A stretch of DNA of 64,000 nt, taken from contig OZ024744.1 in NCBI GenBank assembly GCA_964016885.1, positions 125,984,001-126,048,000 of the forward strand, read 5' to 3'. Below the pieces are notes generated by a model. The model ran no database searches. It saw only the letters and a list, made by a program, of their open reading frames with translations, and was not told the DNA's origin. Shown here piece after piece: positions 51,821 to 64,000 of the stretch (positions are counted from its first letter, which is position 1; each line of letters opens with the position of its first letter). Position numbers and translations under genes: made by a program. The stretch comes from Eledone cirrhosa (Eukaryota).

Positions 51821-53398
51821 TTGTTTTTAACATTGTTTTGTTTTTCTTTTCTTTTCTTATTCAGATGACAAACGGCAGAGGATACAACAGAAGAAAAGAA
51901 CAAAGATAATTATTATTATTATTACTATTATTATTTGTTTTATTATAATCAAAATATGCTGTTAGTTAGATCTGCATTGCGTACATTTTATATAATTTAT
52001 GCCAGTTCCTTTTCTGCATATCGAACATGGCCATTTCCCTGACGGAATAGAGTTTTGTCCTCTTTCGTGACACAAAGTACAGCCAGCGGCATCATTGCGG
52101 ACAGACTTAATCCCGAATTGCACTGACACACTGCCTCGCAATACGGAACACCGCACGTCTTTGATCTTCTTCCCGTCGATCAGCCTCCTTGCCATGCTAA
52201 GTACACCTGACGTCTAGCTTCTCTCTTAGCGGCGGCTTTATATTCTTCTCTACTCCCACTAATTTTCCAAGCATTCCATGCTAGCCTTTAGTCTCCAATG
52301 GCCCGATCTACCGTGCTGTCCCACCACCATGTCACTCTCTGTCTGGTTGGAACTCTGATCCAGCCACAAGTTTAATCAGTAGCCTGCAATAAGTTGTCAC
52401 ATAAGAAAATCGAGGAGTTCTCATGTATGTCATACGACTGTGAATCGTCTTCTTTTTCGTCATACACATATTGAAGGGCTTTCCTAAATTTCTATTTTAG
52501 TGAAATCTCTTTTAGCTTCCAGACCTTTCTTTTTTCCACATCTTCCTGTATGTCTCAATCATACCTGGAGCTGTCCAACATGACCATTGAAATCCCCTGC
52601 TAGCATAACGATGTCTCCGTCCTGTCATTGTGGCTGTTTGTAAAAATTGCTTGTAAATGAAGTCTTTCTTTTCTTTACCTAGCAGAAGCAATTAACACTA
52701 ACCCAACTGTAACACTAACCCTAACACTAACTTATGCAGGCCTAGGTAAAGACAAGAAAGATAAAACAAGGAGTGATGCTTCTTGAATTTTGTGATGCAA
52801 GTGTTTTAACCATTTGCAAAACCAACTTCCACAAACCTGCCTCACTGCCGCCTAATAACCTACAAATCAGGCAAGCACAGAAGCCGGATTTCTCGGTAGT
52901 TAGGCAGCGAGACAGACAGATGGGGTGTGAAGTACCAGGGTGTGCCCCGGGGAGGAATGTTTCCCACAGCGTGGGTTGGTTGTTGGTGATGTCTCGGTTA
53001 TCTTGAGACGGAGTGAGACGTGCAGGAATACTCTCACGGAATCGCCAAATGAGGTTTATTTTTCAACATAGTCCCTGGAATGAAACAATGTGGTTATTAA
53101 GAAGAATTGAAATTAATGTAAGATTTCACAGATCTATGATCAATCCTTCACAGTCAGCTTACAAAGTTTTCAGCCAAACCTTGTGTATTTCCAACATTTC
53201 AAACCCTATCTAGGACTACATTATCTAATGTACAGTACAGTAGTTAGTATTAGTGGCTATCAGACATAGTGTATCTAAATGCAACATTTTTAACATTGTT
53301 TTTTTTTTCTTTTCTTTTCTTTTCTTATTCAGATGACAGACGGCAGAGGATACAATAGAAGAAAAGAACAATGATAATTATTATTATTATTATTGTTG

Positions 53399-53797
53399 TT
53401 ATTCCTTGAATCTCAGTCATTGATGTTGGTTAACTGGAAAGTCCGTTGGAATGAATATCAAGCCACTACCTGCAGCCTCAGATATTCAGGACGTATCGGA
53501 GGGTTCTTGCTGTTCCAAGCAAGCATGCCTTTTGAAGCGTTCCAAAAAGCGTGAAGGGGCCGATTTTCTTTAACCATCCCTGGAAACTTTTGGAGATGGA
53601 CAAAAAACTGGAACACAATAGACCTGACCTGGTGGTTGTGGACAAAGAAAAAAGATCGTGTCTGATTGTGGATGTGGCCTGCCCGTTCAACACGAGAGTG
53701 CAAGAGAAGGAGAGGGAGAAAATTAACCGATACCAGGACCTAAAGTGGGAGGTGAAAAGGATTTGGAACTTCCATGAAGTCAAAGTGATCCCGATTG
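53399..53797 (-). mobile_element. R4/Dong-like RLE fragment with inversion (copy B)
   Basis: ORFs 53478-53783 and 53551-53952 match copy A. Confidence 0.8.
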
Positions 53798-53838
<41 letters not shown>

Positions 53839-54434
53839 TATTATTTGTTTTATTATAATCAAAATATGCTGTTAGTTAGATCTGCATTGTGTACATTTTA
53901 TATAATTTATGCCAGTTCCTTTTCTACATATCGAACATGGCCATTTCCCTGACGGAATAGAGTTTTGTCCTCTTTTCTACTCATCAACACTCATTCGTGA
54001 CACAAAGTACAGCCAGCGGCATCATTGCGGACAGACTTAATCCTGATTTGCACTGACACACTGCCTCGCAATACGGAACACCGCACGTCTTTGATCTTCT
54101 TCCCGTCGATCAGCCTCCTTGCCATGCAAAGTACACCTGACGTCTAGCTTCTCTCTTAGCGGCGGCGGCTGTATATTCTTCTCTACTCCCACTAATTTTC
54201 CAAGCATTCCATGCTAGTCTTTAGTCTCCAATGGCCCGATCTACAGTTTCTGTCTCAACTCGTCTATGCTTGGTCGTTCCCGCACATTGACATTGCACAT
54301 CCAACGGAGCATGCTTGCTTCATTTCTCTCCAGCCGTCGCATGTCCTCTGCAGTTGCTGCCCGTGTCTCACTACCATGCAGCATCGCGCATCTAAACCTG
54401 GCCCTTACCCTAACCCCAACCTCTTTGGTTTTCG

Positions 54435-55272
54435 TTTTCTCGACGGCTAGCCGCATTTCGTGATCCGCCTTTCGATTGCGCTTCCGTCGCGGCAAAAGAA
54501 TTGCCTTTCCAGACCGCCGTCGCCCGACCGGACCCATGATAGAAGACGTTCGTTACCGTTGGAGCAACGCAAATTACTCCTCGGTTGACGCCAAAAACGA
54601 ACGCCTTCCCGCCTCGCGCCGCCTTCTCCTCGCCGACCCTCAGCCTCGACGATTAGCCACTTTCCGTCACAGCAGTAGATACGCGTCCGTCGTAATAGCC
54701 GTCATTTTAACGCAGGAGAAACGCCTAATTGCCCTGCACCGCGTTTGACGGCGATCTACGACGGCGACGATGCGCGCACTCTTCCTTGCTGCGACGAAGG
54801 TTTCGGCTTTTCGTCGTGGACCCGGTCAGGTCATGCCGCTGACCTCGCGTTACGGCGACGCGAGAAGACGTTCGTTACCGCTGGAGCAACGCAAATTACT
54901 CCTCGGTTGACGCCAAAAACGAACGCCTCGCGCCGCCGCTTCCTCCTCGGCCTCGACGATTAGCCGCTTTCCGTCACAGCAGTAGATACGCGTCCATCGT
55001 AATAGCCGTCATTTTAACGCAGGAGAAACGCCTTGACGACGATATACGACGGGTCGACGACGCGCGCACTCTTTCTGCTGCGACGAAGGTTTTGGCTTTT
55101 CGTTGTGGACCCGGTCGGGTCATGCCTCTGACCTCGCGTTGCGTCGCCACCGCCGCGGCGGGCTTGGGTTTAGCCGTAGCTACCCTCGTTTTGCCAACGG
55201 CGACGCGAGAAGACGTTCGTTACCGCTGGAGCAACGCAAATTACTCCTCGGATGAGGCCAAAAACGAACGCT
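54435..55272 (+). repeat. Diverged ETS/172-bp-repeat paralog (copy B)
   Basis: Counterpart of 8958-9795. Confidence 0.85.
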
Positions 55273-55350
55273 GAAGAGATATTGTCCATGGATATCGGGA
55301 ATTTTACCCGCCCTAGATAGATAGATAGATAGGGATGTATGTATGTATGT

Positions 55351-55390
<40 letters not shown>

Positions 55391-55769
55391 GTATGTATCT
55401 TTCTCATTCTCTCTGTATGTATGTATGTATGTATATATATATAATTATATATTTATAGACATCCTGAAAGCTTTTTAAATGTCTGAGAGATTGGCTAAAT
55501 ATGTTTTGCAGGTATGACCAGTAAGAGAGAGGTAAGTTATTTCAAAACAATTCTTTGACCATTATTTTAAGGTACTATCTCAGTGTATTTTTAAATTGAC
55601 CTCTTGATAGGATGAAATGACCTGTATAATTTTTTTCATATTTAGATGGAATAGAAGAAAAACAAGAAAAATGAAATGAATTCAAACAGAAAATATACAC
55701 CAATGCCAATGGAGGTATGATTTCAGTTTAATCTTAACCTAATGACCACTTTACAGAGTGTACTGGATA

Positions 55770-55852
<83 letters not shown>

Positions 55853-56304
55853 AGGAAGCTCCAACCGTTAAGGTTGTCTTTCCATTTATTAATATATTGT
55901 GTATTTACTCCACTAAACTGTTGAGTGCTTTATATCAGTTATAAAAAAATTTCAGCTTGTTGAATCCCAAAATAGTTGTTGAAACAGCCACAGCTCAGCC
56001 GTCGGGGTCCTGAATATTTATCATATATATATACGTATGAGTGTGTGTGTTTTGAGAATTAATAATTATATAAACAAGTTTGTAATGAACAATTTATTTC
56101 TTATCAAAACTGTATAAACATGATATTATTTACAGTAAGAATAACAATAATAATGATGGTTTCTAGTAAAGGTGGAAGGCCAGTAATTTGGGGGAGGGGA
56201 AAGTTGATTAAATCGAAGAGAGAAAGAAAGAAAAAACAGAACGGGAAGGAGAGGGGATGGCAAGAGGTCCGGTGTCGCAGGAGAGAGGGGAGGGTGGTTG
56301 AGCT

Positions 56305-56795
56305 TTGAGTCTAGGGCAAGAGGGCAGAAATGCTGCGCCCCACGGATAAGACGGCAAAAATATTCTCGCGGACGATGGCCAGAGATACCCAATGCAACAA
56401 CCACCCAACCTCGCGGTGTTCCCTCCTCAGATGGGCTGCTGACTCTCCGATCTTTTGGAGGAGCTCGGCAGTACAAGGTCCAAGTACTCCTGGGGTCTCG
56501 ACGTTGACTGGTGCAGAGAGGAAGTGGCCGGACAATCCTCGGTATTTGTTTATTTTACGTTCTTCTGCGAGGTGGGCTGCGATGCCGGGGTTTGTGACCG
56601 AAACGACTTGGAAACGAAGTTGTAGGCGGAGATTGTGTCGTAGCTGGTGGTGTCCCAGATGAGGGACCTACGTCCTTCGAATGGGAAGAGAGTGATTCCG
56701 TCGGGGCGCTTGCCATCTCCGGGACCTGTTGGCCCCAGTTGTGATGGGAAGCCAGCTGCGTCCAGGCTTCTTCTCAATATGTCGTTGACAACGAC
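56305..56795 (-). mobile_element. CRE-like RLE fragment (copy B)
   Basis: ORFs 56311-56535 and 56550-56777 are identical to copy A. Confidence 0.75.
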
Positions 56796-57339
56796 GTGTA
56801 TCTATTCAATAATTATTTGAATATTGAAATTTTAGGTTTAACTACCTTTTAAACCAAATACATTAAGAAAGGCATGACCAACACCACATCATTTTTATTT
56901 CTATTTTGAAAGTAGGTTTATAAGTATTAAATTTCAGTAGATTCTTATATCCTTCATGGTGGTCTGGTGGGAGATACGAGAGATGGTGGAGGTTCTGGTC
57001 TGGGGTTCAATCCTGCTCAGGAGATACTCTAAGGGGGTTCATACTAAACTTCTTCAGTGTTTCTTATCTCTAGAGACAAATATATATACATAAGGTAATC
57101 TGGTAAAGTTGTTAGAACATCACATAGAATTCTTTGTAGTATTTTTTCCAGTTCTTCAATCTGAGTTCAACTTTACTTTTCTTCCATTCGGGGTTGATAA
57201 TAACGTACCAGTCAAATACTAGGGGTTAATTCTTCCTCTATATCTCTTTCTCACTCTCTGTCTGTTTTATTAAGACCTGGAGAGGTGATGTACTCTACCA
57301 GGTTTTATAATGAGTGATGGGGTCATACCTGCCTGCTAC

Positions 57340-58442
57340 ACCTCTGTGTACTAAGTGTAGCATATTATATCCTTGTTCAGGGCCTTCCTGACATTACTGT
57401 GTACTAAGGGTAGCATTTTATATCCTTGTTCAGGGCCATCTTAACATTGCTGTGTACTAAGTGTAGCATATTATATCCTTGTTCGGGGCCTTCCTGACAT
57501 TAGTGTGTACTGAGTGTAGATTTTAACATCCTTGTTCTGGGCCTTCCTAACATTACTGTGTACTGAGTGTAGATTTTAACATCTTTGTTCAGAGCCTTCC
57601 TTACATTACTGTGTACTAAGTGTAGCATTTCATATACTTGTTCTGGGCCTTCCTAACGTTACTGTGGAAATAGTAGTTTATATCCAATATGTAATATAGA
57701 TATGGATTCTACAGGACTAAAACTCATTAATATGAGGGGTATTAGTAGATTATATGCCATATTTAATAGAGAAATGGCTTCTACAAGACTAAAACTCATT
57801 AATATGAGGGGTATTACAGTTTATATGCCATATTTAATACAGAAATGGCTTCTAAAGGACTAGAACTCTTTAAATTGAATAAAATAGTAGTATATATCCT
57901 ATGTTTAATACAGAAATGCCTTCTAAAGGACTCATTAATATGAGGGTATTAGTAGATTATATAACATATTTAATACAGAAATGGCTTTTAAATTCAGGGA
58001 CTCGTTAATTTGATGGAAATAGTAGTGTCTATGCAATATTTAATACAGAAATAGCTTCTACAGGACTAAAACTAATTAATATGAGGGGTATTAGTAGTAT
58101 ATGTGCCATATTTAATACAGAGATGGCTTCTAAATGGAGGTATCTCATTAATTCGATTGAAATGGTAGTGTATATGCAATATTTAATACAGAAATAGCTT
58201 CTACAAGAATAAAACTCATTAATATGAAGGTTATTATTACATTATATGCCATATTTAATACAGAAATCGGTTCTAAAGGACTAGAACTCTTTAATTCAAA
58301 TCAAATAGTAGTATAAAGCAATATTTACTACAGAAATGGCTTCTACAAGACTAAAAATCCTTAATATGAGGGGTATTGTTAGATTATATACCATATTTAA
58401 TACAGAAATGGCTTCTAAATGAAGAAATCTCTTTAATTCGAT
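57340..58442 (+). repeat. 53-bp and 71-bp minisatellites (copy B)
   Basis: Counterparts of 11865-12965. Confidence 0.85.
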
Positions 58443-59098
58443 AGTAATAGTAATAATAATAATAGTAATAGTAATAATACAGCCAATTTTCCACGCAATA
58501 CTTTTAGTTAGCACCCCGAACGCATAATTGGGAATATAATCACTTATTTCCTAATGTTTGTTGAGTGAGTTGGGAAAAAAAACTTGGGAAATATATTTTC
58601 AGGGTCTCAAAATCTTAAAGAGAAAAAAAAGTCCTGTGGAAGGTAGCAAAACAATTAGGAAGAAAATGGTTTGAAGTTGGTTGGTGAGTATAAGATTACA
58701 GTATCTTGTTGATTTCTATAAAGTTTACTTTTAACTGAATTGGTAAAAATGGATAAATTAGAAGACACAATATAATAACTAATATTGTCTTCTAAAACAG
58801 GGAATAAAAATATGTTGGTGTATTGGGGGGGGGGGGGGGTAAACATGTGAGTTAATGGGAATGTTTTTGTTTGTTTTTATTGAAACATATTCAATCTACA
58901 GATAGGTTGTTATAGTTATTTAGTCTCGGGTCTGCCATTATCTGCAGATTTATAATTGAGGGGTGTTCCAGGTGTGACCACCCTACATTATTCCTAGAGA
59001 TTGTTACTCCTTCATTCTTCAGTCATCTTGGTCTTCTTATGAGATGGTGGTGTAGTCTTATTTATTGTTAAGGTTATGGTCTTCCTTTGTCCACACTC

Positions 59099-59136
<38 letters not shown>

Positions 59137-59376
59137 AAAGGCTTCCTTCTCTGGAAAAAGATGATTTAATATTCACAACCATCTGTCTAATTGTTTTCTG
59201 ATGAGAATAAAGTTAATCTTGCTTGTATGTCTACCTGATCAAATGACTGGCTGATATCTTGAAGTCATTTACACCACAGAACTGTAGGAGTCTTGATCCC
59301 TCAAGCCATACCTCTAGCCATCATGTACTCCAAAAGAGTCTCACCTTGGTGCTACTCAACATGTCCATTAAATTTA

Positions 59377-60170
59377 GCAGCAAGGATGCCCTCTTCTTAG
59401 TGAGAGACAACTACAAGAGAGGTTCTTAGAGAAGAATAAGCCACTATAGTTAACTTTTGTTGACATAGAGAACCCCGATCTGTCATCTGGTGGTCCTTAA
59501 GGAAACTAGGTGTAGGGGAATGGCTTGTGAGGACAGTGCAAGCTATGTACAAGGGTGCTGTCAGTAAAGTGAGAGGAGGAATTCCAGAAACAAAGTAGGT
59601 GTACATCAGGGTTCGGTCCTCAGTCCGCTCTTGTTCATTATAGTCCTCCCTCCCTCCCTCCCTCCCTCCCTCCCTCCAAGCCATAACAGAGGAGGAGTAG
59701 TTTAAGACTGGATGCCCATGGGAACTTCTCTATGCTGACGATCTGGTTCTTATAGCAGAATCAGTAGAGGAGCTAGCTAGAGAATAAATTCTGGCTATGG
59801 AAACAGCAGTAGTTGGAATCAAGAAGACTGAGAGTGAACCTAGCTAAGACAAAAGTGTTTATAAGTAGAAGAGAGGACAAAACTCTGATTCTGTCAGGGA
59901 AATGGCCATGTTCGATATGTAGGAAAGGAGTTGGCATAAATTCTATGAAATGTAGTACGCAATGCAGATCTTGGCTACACAAGAGATGTAGTGGGATAGC
60001 AGGAAAACTGACTGACAGGTAGGGAGAAATACGTATGCAGTAGATGTACAGGGAAATTTGACAGAGATTGCAGTGATAGACACATTTTTCAAATGCAGGT
60101 GGGATCTATAGAGGGAGTTGATAGCTTCTGATACCTAGGTGATCAGATTAGTAAGGGAGGAGGGTGATAT
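59377..60170 (+). mobile_element. RTE-clade RT fragment (copy B)
   Basis: Counterpart of 13900-14690. Confidence 0.85.
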
Positions 60171-60695
60171 AAAATATATTGTTATCATGACTGTCTTTAT
60201 TATTTAAATTACCTCTGTCTATTTACAGATTTTACAGAGTGTACTGGGTGCTTTTATGATGGGAGCAGCAACTCTATACGATTTTACAGAGTGTACTTGG
60301 TGCTTTTATCATGGCACATGGCAGCAGCAGCAGCAGCAACTACGATTTTACAGAGTGTACTTGGTGCTTTTTACTCTGACATCAGCACTGAGGAAGTTGT
60401 CATATTTTCAGCTAAATTAATGAGTAGAAAAACCAAGTTTCTGCTACAAAAAATTCTCAGATTCAAGGGAGACATTCAGTTTAAGTATGGTATACTGTCA
60501 CTAAGGCAGCAAATTGGCAGAGTCGCTAGAATATCAGATAGCATTCTTTACATTATTTGTTTCAGCTCTCTGTTCTCTCAATTCAAATCCTGCTCAGGTC
60601 AACTTTGCCTTTCATCCATACAAAATAGATTAATAAAAGTACCAGTGTATTACTGGGGTCAATTCTTCTTCTAACTCTTCTGCACTTCCATTCTC

Positions 60696-60732
<37 letters not shown>

Positions 60733-61292
60733 GCTTCTTTAGAACACATCTGCTGTATTCAGACCTGGAGCGGAGATGGGCTCCACCAAGTTTTAAAAAT
60801 TGCCCTTTAAGCGCTGTATGTCAATATGGTGCCCCTATGATTCCCTCCCTCAGGAGTTATGGGACCATAGATACTGTCAATTGTAAAGAATAACAGAGAT
60901 ATTCAGTGCTAGTGTGGTGTTCTGTCAGTTGTGGAGATTGATGAATCTAAACAGAAATATCAACAGCACTTTTCATTTCTGAGTAACACATTTGTTACCA
61001 AGTGCTGCATGGCTGGAATGAAAATCAGTGCTGTGAAAACCAAGACATTCATCCTCTCAAGGAAGCTTGTGCAGTGCACTCTACATGTAAATGGAGTCCC
61101 ACTGAAGCAGGTAGAAAAGTTCATGTATCTCGAAGCTGTGTTCACGAGTGATGACAGAGACGGCAAAGGCACAACACACAACAGAAGAAAAGAACAATGA
61201 CAATTATTATTATTATTATTATTATTATTTGTTTTATTAGTTTTATTATAATAAAAATTGTGCTGTTAGTTTGCTTGCTATACCATCATGTA

Positions 61293-61385
61293 CCCTAACC
61301 CTAAACCTAACCCCAACTCCAACTCTGACCCTAAACCTAACCCCAACCCCAACCCCAACCCTAACCCTAACCCTAACCCTAACCC
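61293..61385 (-). repeat. Interstitial telomere-like tract (copy B)
   Basis: Matches 15818-15910. Confidence 0.85.
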
Positions 61386-62483
61386 ACGATAGAAGACGTT
61401 CGTTACCGCTGGAGCAACGCAAATTACTCCTCGGTTGACGCCAAAAACGAACGCCTTCTCGACGGCTAGCCGCATTTCGTGATCCGCCTTTCGATTGCGC
61501 TTCCGTCGCGGAAAAAGAATTGCCTTTATAGGCCGCCGCCGCCCGACCGGACCCACGATAGAAGACGTTCGTTACCGCTGGAGCAACGCAAATTACTCCT
61601 CGGTTGACGCCAAAAACGAACGCCTTCTCGACGGCTAGCCGCATTTCGTGATCCGCCTTTCGATTGCGCTTCCGTCGCGGAAAAAGAATTGCCTTTATAG
61701 GCCGCCGCCGCCCGACCGGACCCACGATAGAAGACGTTCGTTACCGCTGGAGCAACGCAAATTACTCCTCGGTTGACGCCAAAAACGAACGCCTTCTCGA
61801 CGGCTAGCCGCATTTCGTGATCCGCCTTTCGATTGCGCTTCCGTCGCGGAAAAAGAATTGCCTTTATAGGCCGCCGCCGCCGCCCGACCGGACCCACGAT
61901 AGAAGACGTTCGTTACCGCTGGAGCAACGCAAATTACTCCTCGGTTGACGCCAAAAACGAACGCCTTCTCGACGGCTAGCCGCATTTCGTGATCCGCCTT
62001 TCGATTGCGCTTCCGTCGCGGAAAAAGAATTGCCTTTATAGGCCGCCGCCGCCGCCCGACCGGACCCACGATAGAAGACGTTCGTTACCGCTGGAGCAAC
62101 GCAAATTACTCCTCGGTTGACGCCAAAAACGAACGCCTTCTCGACGGCTAGCCGCATTTCGTGATCCGCCTTTCGATTGCGCTTCCGTCGCGGAAAAAGA
62201 ATTGCCTTTATAGGCCGCCGCCGCCGCCCGACCGGACCCACGATAGAAGACGTTCGTTACCGCTGGAGCAACGCAAATTACTCCTCGGTTGACGCCAAAA
62301 ACGAACGCCTTCTCGACGGCTAGCCGCATTTCGTGATCCGCCTTTCGATTGCGCTTCCGTCGCGGAAAAAGAATTGCCTTTATAGGCCGCCGCCGCCGCC
62401 CGACCGGACCCACGATAGAAGACGTTCGTTACCGCTGGAGCAACGCAAATTACTCCTCGGTTGACGCCAAAAACGAACGCCTT
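61386..62483 (+). repeat. 169/172-bp tandem repeat, 6 full copies plus a partial (copy B)
   Basis: Starts at 61386, 61555, 61724, 61896, 62068, 62240 and 62412. Confidence 0.9.
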
Positions 62484-62841
62484 CCGGTTCGGGCGACGTA
62501 AAAGTCTGTAGCCTTTTCGCCGATCCTCGACGATTATCCGCCTTCCGAACAACCGCCTTTCCGCCGTCACAGCAGTAGGTACTCGTCCGTCGTAATAGCC
62601 GTCATTTTAATGCAGGAGAAACGCCTAAATGCACTGCGATTGACGACGATCTACGACGCGCTTACTCTTCCTTGCTGCGACGAAGGTTTCGTTCGGCTTT
62701 TCGTCGTGGACCCGGTCAGGTCATGCCGCTGATCTCGCGTTGCGTCGTTACCGCTGGAGCAACGCAAATTACTCCTCGTTTAACGCCAACATCGAACGCG
62801 CTTCGGTTCTCGGTCGTCGTTGTTTTGTTTCGTGCGGAAGA

Positions 62842-63027
62842 TACCTGGGTGATCCTGCCAGTAGTCATATGCTTGTCTCAAAGCTTAAGCCATGCAAGTG
62901 GAAGTTCATGCCGTAAACGAAAATGGTGAAACCGCGAATGGCTCAGGAACCGGATCTAATCCTCGGGACCGTATTCCTCACCGCGAGGAGAGGATAACTG
63001 TGGCAATTCTAGAGCTAATACATGCAA
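62842..63027 (+). pseudogene. 18S rRNA 5' end fragment (copy B)
   Basis: Same as 17195-17380, including the same non-canonical bases. Confidence 0.95.
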
Positions 63028-63031
63028 TTGA

Positions 63032-64000
63032 GATCGGAGAGGGAGCGATCCGTCTGCTTGATTCCGATAACGAACGAGACATTCGTATCCGAAAGAACGT
63101 TTGTCTGGAAACTGGTGCAGTCAGTGAGTCGAAAAAAAAATATCTCGGTGGTAGTAGCAAATATTCGAACGAGACATTCGTATGCGAAAGAACGTTTGTC
63201 TGGAAGTGGCGATCCATGCCCGGTGGATAGTTGGTTCCGGGTTTTACTATGATTGTTGCAAAACAGAAACTTAAAGGGATTGACAGAATTTGCGATTCCG
63301 GAGAGGGGGCGATCCGTCTGCTTGATTCCGATAACGAACGAGACATTCGTATCCGAAAGAACGTTTGTCTGGAAACTGGTGAGTCAGTGAGTCGAAAAAA
63401 AAAATATCTCGGTGGTAGTAGCAAATATTCGAACGAGACATTCGTATGCGAAAGAACGTTTGTCGGTGGTAGTAGCAAATATTCGAACGAGACATTCGTA
63501 TGCGAAAGAACGTTTGTCTGGAAGTGGCGATCCATGCCCGGTGGATAGTTGGTTCCGGGTTTTACTATGATTGTTGCAAAACAGAAACTTAAAGGGATTG
63601 ACAGAATTTGCGATTCCGGAGAGAGGGCGATCCGTCTGCTTGATTCCGATAACGAACGAGACATTCGTATCCGAAAGAACGTTTGTCTGGAAACTGGTGA
63701 GTCAGTGAGTCGAAAAAAAAATATCTCGGTGGTAGTAGCAAATATTCGTATGCGAAAGAAAAGATCTCGGTGGTAGTAGCAAATATTCGAACGAGACATT
63801 CGTAGGCGAAAGAAAAATATCTCGGTGGTAGTAGCAAATATTCGAACGAGACATTCGTATGCGAAAGAACGTTTGTCGGTGGTAGTAGCAAATATTCGAA
63901 CGAGACATTCGTATGCGAAAGAACGTTTGTCGGTGGTAGTAGCAAATATTCGAACGAGACATTCGTATGCGAAAGAACGTTTGTCTGGAAGTGGCGATCC
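63032..64000 (+). repeat. rRNA-mosaic satellite (copy B, cut by the window end)
   Basis: Same 18S/28S mosaic units with a different subrepeat arrangement. Confidence 0.92.

Larger units (their letters stand above)
48870..64000 (+). repeat. Large tandem/segmental repeat, copy B (runs off the window end; lacks the CR1 LINE)
   Basis: Colinear, near-identical to 1-~18000 apart from microsatellite lengths, a few SNPs/indels, the missing LINE and one extra 172-bp repeat. Confidence 0.95.

Overview
Eukaryotic, repeat-dominated animal DNA. The SINE, RTE-LINE and microsatellite content looks cephalopod/Octopus-like, which is an inference. No intact host protein-coding gene is evident. The window holds about 1.3 copies of a very large head-to-tail repeat: position 1 recurs at 48870, with an offset of 48869 before the LINE and about 45470-45650 after it. 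The unit is about 45.5 kb, and the first copy carries an extra ~3.2 kb, nearly intact CR1-type LINE inside a microsatellite. Each unit contains (i) ~15 kb of LINE/SINE debris and mini/microsatellites; (ii) a collapsed rDNA-derived block: (CCCTAA)n, 169/172-bp structured repeats, a 5'ETS-like segment, the 5' end of 18S, a ~4.4 kb satellite of spliced-together 18S and 28S fragments, and the 3' end of 28S; (iii) a G-rich 16-mer tract; (iv) a ~20 kb satellite of 1584/1780-bp units, each with a ~1 kb palindrome and with higher-order structure, ending near a Helitron-type 3' terminus; and (v) more retroelement debris. Almost all short ORFs in the track are repeat artefacts. All calls were made by eye; coordinates of degraded elements are approximate.
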